Origin: an uncultured Ignavibacteriales bacterium
GTDB taxonomy: Bacteria; Zixibacteria; MSB-5A5; GN15; FEB-12
Assembly (NCBI GenBank): GCA_964464605.1
Contig: CAYXJN010000004.1
Span: 248,001-312,000, forward strand
Length of the DNA stretch: 64,000 nt
Direction: 5' to 3'
Shown: positions 1 to 9,365 of the stretch, one piece after another
Layout of the letters: each line of letters starts with the position of its first letter
How positions within the stretch are numbered: position 1 is the stretch's first letter
Made by a program: the position numbers and the translations under genes
Notes under the pieces: model-generated
What the model saw: the letters and a program-made list of their open reading frames with translations, nothing else
Databases searched by the model: none
What the model was told of the DNA's origin: nothing

Positions 1-258
1 GAAGCCTTCGACGTTCGTGTCGATTTCGCTATCTGCCTGCACTCGGTAGGTATGACAACCCGGGCACTTGACGAATTACGACTGGTTCATTCTGAGCACC
101 CGGAACATGCGCTCGCGTATTTTAATGCCGGAATTATTTTTCTGGAATCGAAGCAGCTTGATTCGGCGAAGATCTATCTCGATCAATATATCGAGAAGTT
201 TCCGAATGGCACGCATATCGAAGACGCCCGTAATATCCTCCAGGGCATGAGCAATTAG
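1..258 (+). CDS. TPR-repeat protein, C-terminal part (5' end outside window)
   Basis: Frame is open from base 1 (EAFDVRVDFAICLHSVG...) into ORF 52..258; TPR-like helices HALAYFNAGIIF...AKIYLDQYIEKFPNG. Confidence 0.75.
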   Translation, partial: EAFDVRVDFAICLHSVGMTTRALDELRLVHSEHPEHALAYFNAGIIFLESKQLDSAKIYLDQYIEKFPNGTHIEDARNILQGMSN

Positions 259-317
259 CGCCAATCCCGCTCGTACTTTTAGATAGCCCGAATACTCCGT
301 ATTGCATTATTTGGGGC

Positions 318-1043
318 ATGTCTCATACTCCTGCAACCCATCCACAGTGGCTATCACCGCTGATTGATTTTTTCTTTCCCCCTTTGTGTCCCGGGTGCGG
401 GGTGGTGGTGGCGGAGTATCCGGCCTTGTGCGTTTCCTGCGACAAGCGAATCGACCGCTTGCATGACCCTTTTTGCCTGAGCTGTTTTGGTTTTTATCGT
501 TCAGGAAGCAGCAAACGCTGCTGCGATTCACCGCTGCCGTTGTTTGCCTTTGCGACCTACAGCGCGCCGTATGACGAAATCGTCAAACAATTCAAGTTTC
601 ACGGTATTACGTTTCCCGCATCATTAGCTGCGGATGCGATCACCGAGCACTGGCAGTCAAATATCATAAAACTTGGTGCATCGGCGCTCGTTCCCGTGCC
701 GCTGCATATACGAAGGGAAAAATGGCGCGGATTTAATCAGGCGACCGTGTTTGCGACGCATTTAGCCAGACACCTTTCAATTCCAGTCGTGACTGATCTC
801 ATCGAACGGGAACAGGCAAAACGTCCGCAGGCGAAACTGACGCTTGCAAAGCGTGCTAAGAATATCGAAGGGGCGTTTCATGTCGATCGATATGACGATA
901 TGCCGAAACGGATAATCTTGGTAGATGATGTTGTCACCTCCGGCATGACGATGAAAGAAGCTGTCAAAGCCTGCACTGCAGCTGGTGTGGAAGTAACGGG
1001 ATGCATCAGCATGGCGCTGAGCGCACACGCAATACACCTATGA
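318..1043 (+). CDS. comF: ComF family protein (double zinc ribbon + phosphoribosyltransferase domain)
   Basis: FFPPLCPGC...LCVSC...FCLSC zinc ribbons, RGFNQA motif, PRT motif IILVDDVVTSG. Confidence 0.9.
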   Translation: MSHTPATHPQWLSPLIDFFFPPLCPGCGVVVAEYPALCVSCDKRIDRLHDPFCLSCFGFYRSGSSKRCCDSPLPLFAFATYSAPYDEIVKQFKFHGITFPASLAADAITEHWQSNIIKLGASALVPVPLHIRREKWRGFNQATVFATHLARHLSIPVVTDLIEREQAKRPQAKLTLAKRAKNIEGAFHVDRYDDMPKRIILVDDVVTSGMTMKEAVKACTAAGVEVTGCISMALSAHAIHL

Positions 1044-1933
1044 AACATATCGACAGTTTTTTACAGTATGTCGCCCTTGAGCGTGGACTGTCGCAGAAGA
1101 CTGTACAATCATATCAGTCAGACATCGCCGATTTCGGTAAGCGAACGGAATTGAAAGAGATTCATAAAGCCTCGCTTGCTGATTTCAATCAGTTCGTCAA
1201 AAAGCTAACGGCAAGCGGCAGCAAGCCGACGACGATTGCGCGAAAACTTTCCTCACTTCGCCATTTTTTCACATATCTCGTTGAGAGCGGTGTTATCAAA
1301 CAGAATCCGGCGAAAAGTATCGCAACGCCAAAATTGGGGCGATACCATCCAACGTATTTAACACAGCGGGAAGTCGCGGCGATTCTGGAAACGATCGATG
1401 TTGCCACACCAGCCGGTAAACGGGATCGTGCGATATTAGAAATGCTCTATGGTTCCGGTTTGCGCATATCAGAATTAATCAGCCTCAGGTTGTCTGATAT
1501 CGAATTTGAAGCCGGTTTTTTGCGGATAACCGGTAAAGGAAACAAAACGCGCTTAGTTCCGCTCGGTGAGTTTGCCAAACAAGCAGTGGAAAGTTATTTG
1601 AACGAATCGAAAGCAAATCCGACCAAACAGAAAACCCCGGTTCTGTTCGTCAACAATGACGGGAACCGGTTTTCCCGGGTCGGTATTTGGAAAATGGTGA
1701 AAAAACGGGTTGCGCAGGCAGGCATTACCAAAATTGTTACCCCCCATACCTTCCGTCATTCCTTTGCCACACATATACTTGAGGGGGGAGCCGATTTACG
1801 GATAGTGCAAGAAATGCTCGGTCATGCCGATATATCTACTACACAGGTATATACACGGATTGACCGGGATTATTTGATTGCAGAACACAAGCGATTTCAT
1901 CCTCGAGAACTGGCTCGCCGCCCACGCCGGTGA
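1040..1933 (+). CDS. xerD: Site-specific tyrosine recombinase XerD
   Basis: ATGA overlap with comF stop; RDRAILEMLYGSGLRISEL, GKGNKTRLVP, TPHTFRHSFATHIL, LGHADISTTQVYT, HKRFHPR. Confidence 0.9.
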   Translation: MKHIDSFLQYVALERGLSQKTVQSYQSDIADFGKRTELKEIHKASLADFNQFVKKLTASGSKPTTIARKLSSLRHFFTYLVESGVIKQNPAKSIATPKLGRYHPTYLTQREVAAILETIDVATPAGKRDRAILEMLYGSGLRISELISLRLSDIEFEAGFLRITGKGNKTRLVPLGEFAKQAVESYLNESKANPTKQKTPVLFVNNDGNRFSRVGIWKMVKKRVAQAGITKIVTPHTFRHSFATHILEGGADLRIVQEMLGHADISTTQVYTRIDRDYLIAEHKRFHPRELARRPRR

Positions 1934-2876
1934 GCAATCCAAGCCGCGACGGTATCAATTTGCCTGCCGTCAGCACCGGGTCAGTCTCGACTTTCATGTT
2001 AAAGGGTTTTTCCGCCACGAAGAATTAGCGATTCATTATTTCGAAACCTTTGCCGAACTGGTAGCTACCTGTCAGCGTCACGATATCGACGCTATTTTGA
2101 TCGCCGGTCATTCTGATTTCACTGACGAAATCCATCTTGTTCAATCAATCAAAGGAAATGTCTTTCTCTCCGGTATTCCGATTATCCTGTACCATCCCGA
2201 TCCCTGGGAAAGCGTCGTTGTTTCAGCGTATGAAAACGGCGTCGAAGAATTCATCTACGGAGAATGGCGCAACAAATTAGTCGAGGTGCGCATCCGCCGC
2301 TTGGTCGAACGGAGCCGCCGGGATATTTCGGTGAATCCGTCTACACGCTTGCCCGGCCCCGGCATTATCGAAACCGAAATAAATAGGCAGCTGCAGATGG
2401 GCACAACTTTCGCGGTTTGCTATGCCGATTTGGATAATTTCAAAGCGTACAACGATTACTACGGCTATATGCACGGCGATAAAGTCATCAAGCTGACCGC
2501 AAAAGTCATTAAGGATATCGTCTATGATCTCTGCCCGGAAGGGTTCGTCGGCCATGTTGCTGGAGATGATTTCGTCTACACTGTTCCCGCCGAATTGGTC
2601 AGACCGGTCTGCGAAAAGATCATAGAGACCTTCGATACGCTGATTCCGTACCGGTACGCCCGTGAAGATCGTGAACGGGGGTATATCGCTTCGAAAAACC
2701 GGAAAGGGAATCCGGAAAATTTCGGCATGCTCACTATTTCAATTGCCGTTATTACCGCTGATGGGAAGCGGTTCTCCCATGTCGGTCAGTTGTCCAAGAT
2801 GCTCGCTGATTTGAAAAAAGCCGCCAAGATGCAAGCGGGGAGTGTCTATCTGCTTGAACGCCGTAAGCCTTATTGA
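1878..2876 (+). CDS. Atypical receiver domain + GGDEF-domain (diguanylate cyclase-like) protein; start uncertain
   Basis: NPSTRLPG, YADLDNFKAYNDYYGYMHGD, GHVAGDDF; N-terminal REC-like segment IPIILY...AYENGVEEFI. Confidence 0.85.
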   Translation: MQNTSDFILENWLAAHAGEQSKPRRYQFACRQHRVSLDFHVKGFFRHEELAIHYFETFAELVATCQRHDIDAILIAGHSDFTDEIHLVQSIKGNVFLSGIPIILYHPDPWESVVVSAYENGVEEFIYGEWRNKLVEVRIRRLVERSRRDISVNPSTRLPGPGIIETEINRQLQMGTTFAVCYADLDNFKAYNDYYGYMHGDKVIKLTAKVIKDIVYDLCPEGFVGHVAGDDFVYTVPAELVRPVCEKIIETFDTLIPYRYAREDRERGYIASKNRKGNPENFGMLTISIAVITADGKRFSHVGQLSKMLADLKKAAKMQAGSVYLLERRKPY

Positions 2877-5044
2877 TGCGCCGGCAACGTTTGTAGATAC
2901 GACCTGAATTTCAACGCAGCCTCATAATCCGATTTCAACAGCAACGCACGATTAACATACCGCATCACCGAATCAGGCGGAGCTTTCGTTTCATGCAGCG
3001 CCACAGCCAAATTGAACGCAATCCGATACTGCGTTGAATCCGCAACAAACGATTGCTTAAGCCGGATTGCCGCGCTCGTATAGTTTTTACGTTCTAAATA
3101 TGAAAACCCCCAGTTTGCGGCATCTGTTGCTGAAAGCATATTGTTTCGATCTGCGGAAGTAAAAAGGGAATCGACGGCTGAAAATTGTTTCATCCCGATA
3201 AAACCGAGCGCAACAGCAGTCAGCACTTTTGGTGCATTGGGTGCGGTTGCTAAAGCATCACGATAATAGAAGACGGCGGAATCGGGTGTGTCTAACGCGT
3301 ACCAGCTACGCGCGAGATTGACTTTCAACTGCGCAATCTGTTCACTCGATTCAATTGAAGGATCGGCAAGAGCAATGGAATGGGCGAACATAACGCGTGA
3401 TGAATCGTACGACTTCCGTTGTTCAAGTATTAACCCAAGGTTATTGTATGGTTGGTAAAAGTCTGGGTTGATACGAATAGATTGCAGCAAATGCCGTTCG
3501 GCATCGGTTGATTTTCCCTGCATGAACTGAATGTAGCCGAGATTATTGTACAATGTCGCCGAGCCGGTGTAAAACCGGGCTGCTTCCAGATATTCCTGCT
3601 CGGCAGACACAAGTTCGCCGGCATTTTGGTATTTGAGGGCTTCGTTGTAATGAATCTGGAAATCATCGAAATTACTTTTCTCATGATACGGGATATTACA
3701 GACAAAGAGAACGACGATAAAAAGTAGAAGCGGTATCGCTAACGGCCTTTTTTTCTGCTTCTTTGTCACCCAGTGCCAAAGCCAAACAAGTGCAAAGGCG
3801 GCAAAAGGAATAAGTAACAGAACCAATAATAATCGGTGTCGAGCAGTTACCAAAAAGAGAACGATAGAGGGGGTATAAGCAAGCAGGGTGATATAGACCG
3901 GCGTAAGTAACTGCTTTTTCTCCCGTGTCAGATACAGACCGACAAGTGCGAGCGGCAGCAATAACCCGAACGGGAAAAAGATACCGAATGACCAGAGTAA
4001 GGCAGCATACAGATATGATTGTGTGCGCTGGTAATAAATATCTCCGTTATCGCTGTTTTCAAATCCGCTGAACAAGTACCGAATCTTTTTGAAGGTCAGC
4101 GAAACGAATGCGCCGGGATTTTCTCCAATGTATTTCCACGCTTTGCCGTTCCAGTACGCGGAAGCTTCCGATTCGGTGAGTTTGCGACCAGCTTCTTTCT
4201 CGGCTTGCGCATGCGTGACCGGTACGAATTTGTCCCACGGAACTGATTCGGTGAGTGAAATCTCCGGCATGACCATGGTGAGGCCGTTGGCATCCGGATT
4301 GTTGCCGATGTAAAAGTTCACGCCGCCTTGCGATGAAATCAGAATAAAATCATCCGTTACTACATAATTGCGAACCGTAACCGGTGTGATCGCGAGAATA
4401 GTTCCAAGAGCAAGTGCGACCGGGGAAGCAAAATTGAAATTACCTTTTTTCCCCTTCCAGAATAGCCAAAGTGCGATAAACGGCAGCACTAATAAAATAT
4501 TCGGTCGTGCCAAAGCCGAAAGACCGAGTAAAATGCCGATTACTACATACTGCGATACGGTTCCTGATTTGCCGACTAATACCAGTCGATAGATTGCCCA
4601 CAACGCAAAGAACAAGAACAGAATTTCAACCAACAGCATGCTGTCATAGAATAAAAACGTTCCATAGCAGCCGTAAATGATAACTGTGACTTTAGCAGTT
4701 GTGTCGGTAAGCACGCGTCTGGTGAGTTTGAATAGCAGCAGGCCGATACCGCCGCACACCAGCAGCTGCAATGCTTTTGTCCAAAAGACTGAACTGTCAG
4801 TTATCCAGATTAATCCGGCAAGAAAATAGGGATAGAGCGGACCGCGGAAGTATGCACCTGTTCCCCAGAAAGAATTGTTCAGAATCTCCTGCGCCCAGAG
4901 CCAATGCCACTTTTCATCAACCATCAGACTGTCGAACCCGGGATGCGCGCTTAGTTCGAGCAGATAAATAAAGCGGATAAGAACGGGCAATAAAAAGGCC
5001 GCCACTTCCCAGCGACGGCCTTTTAGAAAATCAATCAGTAACAT
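2870..5044 (-). CDS. GT-C (PMT/ArnT-like, GT39/83) membrane glycosyltransferase with C-terminal TPR repeats
   Basis: Multiple TM helices, VDEKWH, YFRGPLYPYFLA, ARPN, NFYIGNNP; TPRs LYNNLGYIQF, PYNNLGLIL. Confidence 0.8.
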   Translation of the reverse strand: MLLIDFLKGRRWEVAAFLLPVLIRFIYLLELSAHPGFDSLMVDEKWHWLWAQEILNNSFWGTGAYFRGPLYPYFLAGLIWITDSSVFWTKALQLLVCGGIGLLLFKLTRRVLTDTTAKVTVIIYGCYGTFLFYDSMLLVEILFLFFALWAIYRLVLVGKSGTVSQYVVIGILLGLSALARPNILLVLPFIALWLFWKGKKGNFNFASPVALALGTILAITPVTVRNYVVTDDFILISSQGGVNFYIGNNPDANGLTMVMPEISLTESVPWDKFVPVTHAQAEKEAGRKLTESEASAYWNGKAWKYIGENPGAFVSLTFKKIRYLFSGFENSDNGDIYYQRTQSYLYAALLWSFGIFFPFGLLLPLALVGLYLTREKKQLLTPVYITLLAYTPSIVLFLVTARHRLLLVLLLIPFAAFALVWLWHWVTKKQKKRPLAIPLLLFIVVLFVCNIPYHEKSNFDDFQIHYNEALKYQNAGELVSAEQEYLEAARFYTGSATLYNNLGYIQFMQGKSTDAERHLLQSIRINPDFYQPYNNLGLILEQRKSYDSSRVMFAHSIALADPSIESSEQIAQLKVNLARSWYALDTPDSAVFYYRDALATAPNAPKVLTAVALGFIGMKQFSAVDSLFTSADRNNMLSATDAANWGFSYLERKNYTSAAIRLKQSFVADSTQYRIAFNLAVALHETKAPPDSVMRYVNRALLLKSDYEAALKFRSYLQTLPAHQ

Positions 5045-5062
5045 ACAACCTGATAAAGCAGC

Positions 5063-7030
5063 TTATTTGCTGTGTGCGTCTTTTTTCATGCTCCACATGT
5101 ACAGCAATATGCCAACCACTGCAAAGGCAATCAATGAGACCATCGGGCCGATGGGACCCAGCACGGCATGTTCCCCTTCGTGGGCAGTGGAGTAATCTGC
5201 AAAGCTCGGCCAGAACATCATCAGGGCAACCGCGACGCCGATCAGGGCATCTCCCGCAACCAAGCCGGAGGCGAACAGAATACCGCGATCAAGGCGTGAT
5301 TTTTCCTGCGTTTCCGATTTACTCATTTTGCTTATTACCAGAGAAATCAATCCGCCGACCATGAGGGGTGTCGAAAGGGATAACGGCAGATACAAGCCGA
5401 TCGCAAAGGGAAGCGCGGGCAGACCCATCAATTCGACCATAGCCGCCACCATCACACCGATTAAAATCGGTGTCCAGGGCAGGCTGGCATTCATAACCGC
5501 TTGTACCAATGTCGCCATCACGTTGGCCTGCGGCGCCAAAAGCGGATGCGGATGTTCCGGGCTCTGCACGAATCCATAGACGTTGTTCAAATGAAATAAA
5601 AAGAAACCCATTGCTAACGCGGGGAAGATAAGTCCGATAAATTCGGTTAACTGCTGTTTCCAGGGTGTAGCGCCAAGGAGATATCCGGTTTTTAAGTCCT
5701 GCGCAATATCGCCGGACATACAAACAGCGATGCAGACGATAGCGCCAACTGTCATTGCCGACACCATCCCTTCGACTCCCTTGATGCCGAATAACAGGAA
5801 AAGCTGGCACGTCACCAAAAGCGTGGCGATAGTCATACCGGAAACCGGTGATGATGACGACCCGACAATACCGACAATTCTCGCAGCCACCACGACAAAG
5901 AAGAATCCAAACACAACCGCGCAGATAACGCCGATAAGGCCGATGTCGATACCGGGCATGAGCCAGATCGCCAGAATGGTCGCGAGTGTTCCGCCCAGCA
6001 CATACTTCATTGGGATATCTTTGTCGGTACGGACAGCTTTTACATTTCGTTCCTGTCCGACCAGTTGCTTGAATCCGTGCTTGAATGAACTAACAATGGC
6101 AGGGAGTGATTTAATGAGCGAAATAGCGCCGCCAAGCGCGAAAGCGCCGACGCCGATGTATTTGATGTATGTCCCGCGCAATTCTCCGGAACCCATCAAT
6201 GATAACGGAGTCGTTCCGGGGGGGATGATAGCATCAGGCATGAAAGAGCCAACGTAGGAAAGTAATGGTCCGATGATTAAATAGCCGAGAGTCGCACCCG
6301 CCATCATTACGCCGCAAATACGCGGGCCGATAATATAGCCGACGCCCATCAACGCAGGAGTCGCGGCAATGCCGATCGTGCCTCCCTTGAGTGTTCGGGT
6401 GAATTCATGGTTTACTTCTTCCGGCCATATCTTACCCATACCGGAACAAAGTTTGTAGACTGCACCAAGCCCTATGCCGGCGAAAACAGTTTTTCCTTTA
6501 GTGCCACCTTCATCACCGGCGAGAATTACTTCCGCGCAGGCGGTTCCTTCCGGAAAGGCGAGTTTACCGTGCTCGATATCGACGAGATATTTACGCAGCG
6601 GGATCATCATAAGAATTCCCAGCACACCACCAAAAATCGAGAACAGGAAAATATCGAATTTAGAAACCTGATATGTGTATCCGACTGCTGCTAATTGCGT
6701 TGATGCCGACCAGATAAAGAAAGCCGGAATCGTAAAAATGATACCGGCTGCTAATGATTCACCAGATGAAGCGATTGTTTGAACAATGTTATTTTCAAGA
6801 ACCGTGACCTTTTTGAAGAAGAGCGGGAGCAAGGACATCGCAATAACTGCGGCGGGAATTGAGGCGGAAACAGTCATCCCGTATTTCAAGCCCAAAACGG
6901 CGTTGGCCATACCGGCCAAGACAGCCACGACGGTACCGAAAATAATCACCTTCCAAGTGACTTCCGGGATGTTCTGGCTGGCCGGAACGACCGGGGTGTA
7001 CTTTTCCTCTTTCTTTTGGCTATCGCTCAC
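5063..7030 (-). CDS. OPT family oligopeptide transporter
   Basis: GTG start with GGAGGAG RBS; LENNIVQT, FPEGTACAEV, SPVSGMTIATL, QDLKTGYLLGATP, APQANVMA. Confidence 0.92.
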   Translation of the reverse strand: MSDSQKKEEKYTPVVPASQNIPEVTWKVIIFGTVVAVLAGMANAVLGLKYGMTVSASIPAAVIAMSLLPLFFKKVTVLENNIVQTIASSGESLAAGIIFTIPAFFIWSASTQLAAVGYTYQVSKFDIFLFSIFGGVLGILMMIPLRKYLVDIEHGKLAFPEGTACAEVILAGDEGGTKGKTVFAGIGLGAVYKLCSGMGKIWPEEVNHEFTRTLKGGTIGIAATPALMGVGYIIGPRICGVMMAGATLGYLIIGPLLSYVGSFMPDAIIPPGTTPLSLMGSGELRGTYIKYIGVGAFALGGAISLIKSLPAIVSSFKHGFKQLVGQERNVKAVRTDKDIPMKYVLGGTLATILAIWLMPGIDIGLIGVICAVVFGFFFVVVAARIVGIVGSSSSPVSGMTIATLLVTCQLFLLFGIKGVEGMVSAMTVGAIVCIAVCMSGDIAQDLKTGYLLGATPWKQQLTEFIGLIFPALAMGFFLFHLNNVYGFVQSPEHPHPLLAPQANVMATLVQAVMNASLPWTPILIGVMVAAMVELMGLPALPFAIGLYLPLSLSTPLMVGGLISLVISKMSKSETQEKSRLDRGILFASGLVAGDALIGVAVALMMFWPSFADYSTAHEGEHAVLGPIGPMVSLIAFAVVGILLYMWSMKKDAHSK

Positions 7031-7255
7031 TGAGTCTCCTCCAATGCGATTACATAGCACATTTTTGTACCGGTAAGAAACGCAGAGTCCATTGATTGTC
7101 AACCATTTAGTTGGCAAGGACGATGGAGGGCAGTTTGAAGCCGGTTACAGAGGGTGAAACGGATTTAACACTAATGTGACAATTCAGTGCCTCTTTTAGG
7201 GGAACCTTGTCTGGTAAGTTATTGTATTACAGAGAGGAGAAGATAGTTTTCTACT

Positions 7256-7271
7256 TGGCACTTTCTCTGCT
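7256..7271 (+). promoter_or_regulatory. Putative sigma-54 (-24/-12) promoter
   Basis: TGGCACTTTCTCTGCT has GG-N10-GC spacing and a TGGCAC core. Confidence 0.45.
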
Positions 7272-7322
7272 CTAATAAAAGTGAGTAAATGCCAAAAGGT
7301 GATGTCGGCCATTGATTTTGGC

Positions 7323-7351
7323 TTGACATGAGGTTTTAAACAACGTAGAAT
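7323..7351 (+). promoter_or_regulatory. Sigma-70 promoter upstream of the cohesin/T9SS-tail gene
   Basis: TTGACA-17 nt-TAGAAT. Confidence 0.7.
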
Positions 7352-7563
7352 AAAGGCACCAAGGGACGGTTCTCCTCACTATTTTCTGATTGCAAAACAT
7401 ACCGTACAATTACCAGCAGGATGGTTTCCGGCAGGTGTTAAGCTATTGTTTATTTACATATGAAACTCTCTTACGGACTTATAATAGTGGCTGACTGGCA
7501 AGGGAAACATATCGCCAAGTTAGCTCGAAACGAAAACGTTCTTGTATGAGGAGGTGGATCTTG

Positions 7564-8382
7564 ATGAAACGCCTGCACCTGTCGCTGATGGCAGCAGCCA
7601 TCTTACTGGTGCCCTCGATGCTTTTAGCAGCCGGATCCAACGGTTTCCGCGCGGCAAAGGCAACGATCCAGCCGAACAACATGGTTGTTGTTCCGCTTGA
7701 GATCACGAACGAGGCGAATCTGGTCGCAATGGATATCCCGCTTCAGTATTCTGAAGGCGTGACGTTGAAAGACGTAACGTTCGAGAATACCCGCGTGGAG
7801 TATTTCGACCTGAAAATCTTCAACAACAAAGCTGACGAACGCACGGTAGTCATCGGGCTGTTGCCGCAGATGTCTGCTGAGTTCAAACCAGGATTGGAAG
7901 CCGGAACCGGCGTTGTTGCCAATCTCGTGTTTGAAATCAACGATCCGTCAGTGACGAGCGTTACGCTCGAAGCCGTTAAGTTGGCCGAACCGGACCACAG
8001 TCTGACGTTCGTGTACAATGAAGCGGGCGAAAATGGAGTGACTCAGCGGGCCGAAGAACCGAAGTTCGAACGCACGACCATGGATTTTACCAGTGGTTCA
8101 GTCGATGCGAATGTACCGAAGGTGTTCTCGCTGAAGCAGAATTATCCGAATCCGTTCAACCCCAAGACGAAGATTTCTTTTGATGTGCCGAAAGCTTCCC
8201 GCGTTGAAGTCAGCGTGTGGAACGTTCTGGGACAGAAAGTCGAAACCCTCGTTGATGACTACAGAGATGCCGGTGTACATACGGTCGATTTCGACGGTAC
8301 CAAGTATTCTTCAGGCGTCTATTTCTACCGGATCAGCACTGCTGGTTTCAGTGAAACCAAGAAGATGATGCTGGTGAAGTAG
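7564..8382 (+). CDS. Secreted protein with cohesin-like beta-sandwich and T9SS type A / Por-secretion C-terminal tail
   Basis: GAGGAGG RBS, signal peptide; VVVPLEITN..LVAMDIPLQY...GTGVVANLVFEI cohesin-like pattern; QNYPNPFNP...VWNVLGQKV...SSGVYFYRI...KKMMLVK tail. Confidence 0.8.
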   Translation: MKRLHLSLMAAAILLVPSMLLAAGSNGFRAAKATIQPNNMVVVPLEITNEANLVAMDIPLQYSEGVTLKDVTFENTRVEYFDLKIFNNKADERTVVIGLLPQMSAEFKPGLEAGTGVVANLVFEINDPSVTSVTLEAVKLAEPDHSLTFVYNEAGENGVTQRAEEPKFERTTMDFTSGSVDANVPKVFSLKQNYPNPFNPKTKISFDVPKASRVEVSVWNVLGQKVETLVDDYRDAGVHTVDFDGTKYSSGVYFYRISTAGFSETKKMMLVK

Positions 8383-8451
8383 TCTGCTCATTTTGCCGTA
8401 GATGGTAAAGTAGCGTTTCAAAAAGATCGTTCACAAATTACAGTATTCGCC

Positions 8452-8490
8452 AACCCCGTTTCGTAACCCGAAACGGGGTTTTCTTTTTTT
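8452..8490 (+). terminator. Rho-independent terminator
   Basis: AACCCCGTTTCG-taacc-CGAAACGGGGTT followed by a T-tract. Confidence 0.85.
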
Positions 8491-8525
8491 ATCGTAACCG
8501 TCAAAAATCTTCATGCGCCTTTAGC

Positions 8526-8555
8526 TTGACTGACCTATCGTTTCCCGGTTAGACT
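8526..8555 (+). promoter_or_regulatory. Putative sigma-70 promoter of mlaEFD
   Basis: TTGACT-18 nt-TAGACT. Confidence 0.5.
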
Positions 8556-8582
8556 ATAGCTGTTCACACGAAAGGAATTCGT

Positions 8583-9365
8583 ATTATTACTGCCGCCGCC
8601 AATTGGCTCAAACGATTCGCCTTTGTCAGTCAAGACTTATTCTTTTTTGCCTGGCAGATGGTCAAACGGCTATTTACCGGTCCCTGGTATTTCAGCGAGA
8701 CAAAAGAGCAGTTGAATCTGATAGGGGTCGGTTCGGTATTTCTTGTCGGTCTGACAGGCATGTTCGCCGGGCAGGGGCTGGCGCTTGCCAATGCGAACGA
8801 GCTCGCTGATTTTGGCGCGAAAAACTATTTAGGCCGAATCATGGTCCTGTCGGTCGTGCGAGAACTTGGTCCTGTTCTGACGGGATTGATGGTCGCAGCG
8901 CGGGTTGCCTCCGGTATCACTGCCGAAATAGGGGCAATGAAGTCATCTGCGCAGCTTGATGCAATGACAGCATTCGGTATCGACCCTATCAGTAAAGTGG
9001 CTGTCCCCCGTTTATTGGCGCTTCTAATCGCCTTGCCCTGTTTAACGGTCATATGCGACTTTGTCGGGATTGTCGGCGGGTATATTATCGCCGAGTTTGT
9101 CGCGCATATGTCCACGACGATCTATTGGGCGAATGTTATCGAGAAACTCAACTTCGGTAATATTCTTATGGGAGTTATAAAGCCGCTTACTTTCTCGTTC
9201 ATCATCGCCTTCATTGCCTGTTATAAAGGATTCACCGCCCAAGGCGGTACCAAAGGAGTCGGGCGGGCCACGACCGAATCAGTTGTGCTGGCTTCAATTT
9301 GGGTTTTAGCGATTAATTTCATCATTACCAAAGTCGTCTTCTCGTACCTGAAGGGATATTTATGA
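8583..9365 (+). CDS. mlaE: MlaE/YrbE ABC permease (probable ATT start at 8583 or 8586; first ATG at 8658)
   Basis: VRELGPVLTGLMVAARVASGITAEIGAM, GVGRATT; frame stays open upstream of 8658 to an AAAGGA RBS. Confidence 0.88.
   Translation: MITAAANWLKRFAFVSQDLFFFAWQMVKRLFTGPWYFSETKEQLNLIGVGSVFLVGLTGMFAGQGLALANANELADFGAKNYLGRIMVLSVVRELGPVLTGLMVAARVASGITAEIGAMKSSAQLDAMTAFGIDPISKVAVPRLLALLIALPCLTVICDFVGIVGGYIIAEFVAHMSTTIYWANVIEKLNFGNILMGVIKPLTFSFIIAFIACYKGFTAQGGTKGVGRATTESVVLASIWVLAINFIITKVVFSYLKGYL

Noticed and set aside
1040..1933. Tyrosine recombinase as the integrase of the S8 cassette array
   Set aside because: It has housekeeping XerD features and context, lies 10 kb away, and the 29-bp core does not resemble a dif site; no link is visible
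7031..7117. ORF-track N-terminal extension of the OPT transporter
   Set aside because: A GGAGGAG RBS precedes the GTG at 7030; the upstream part looks like promoter region
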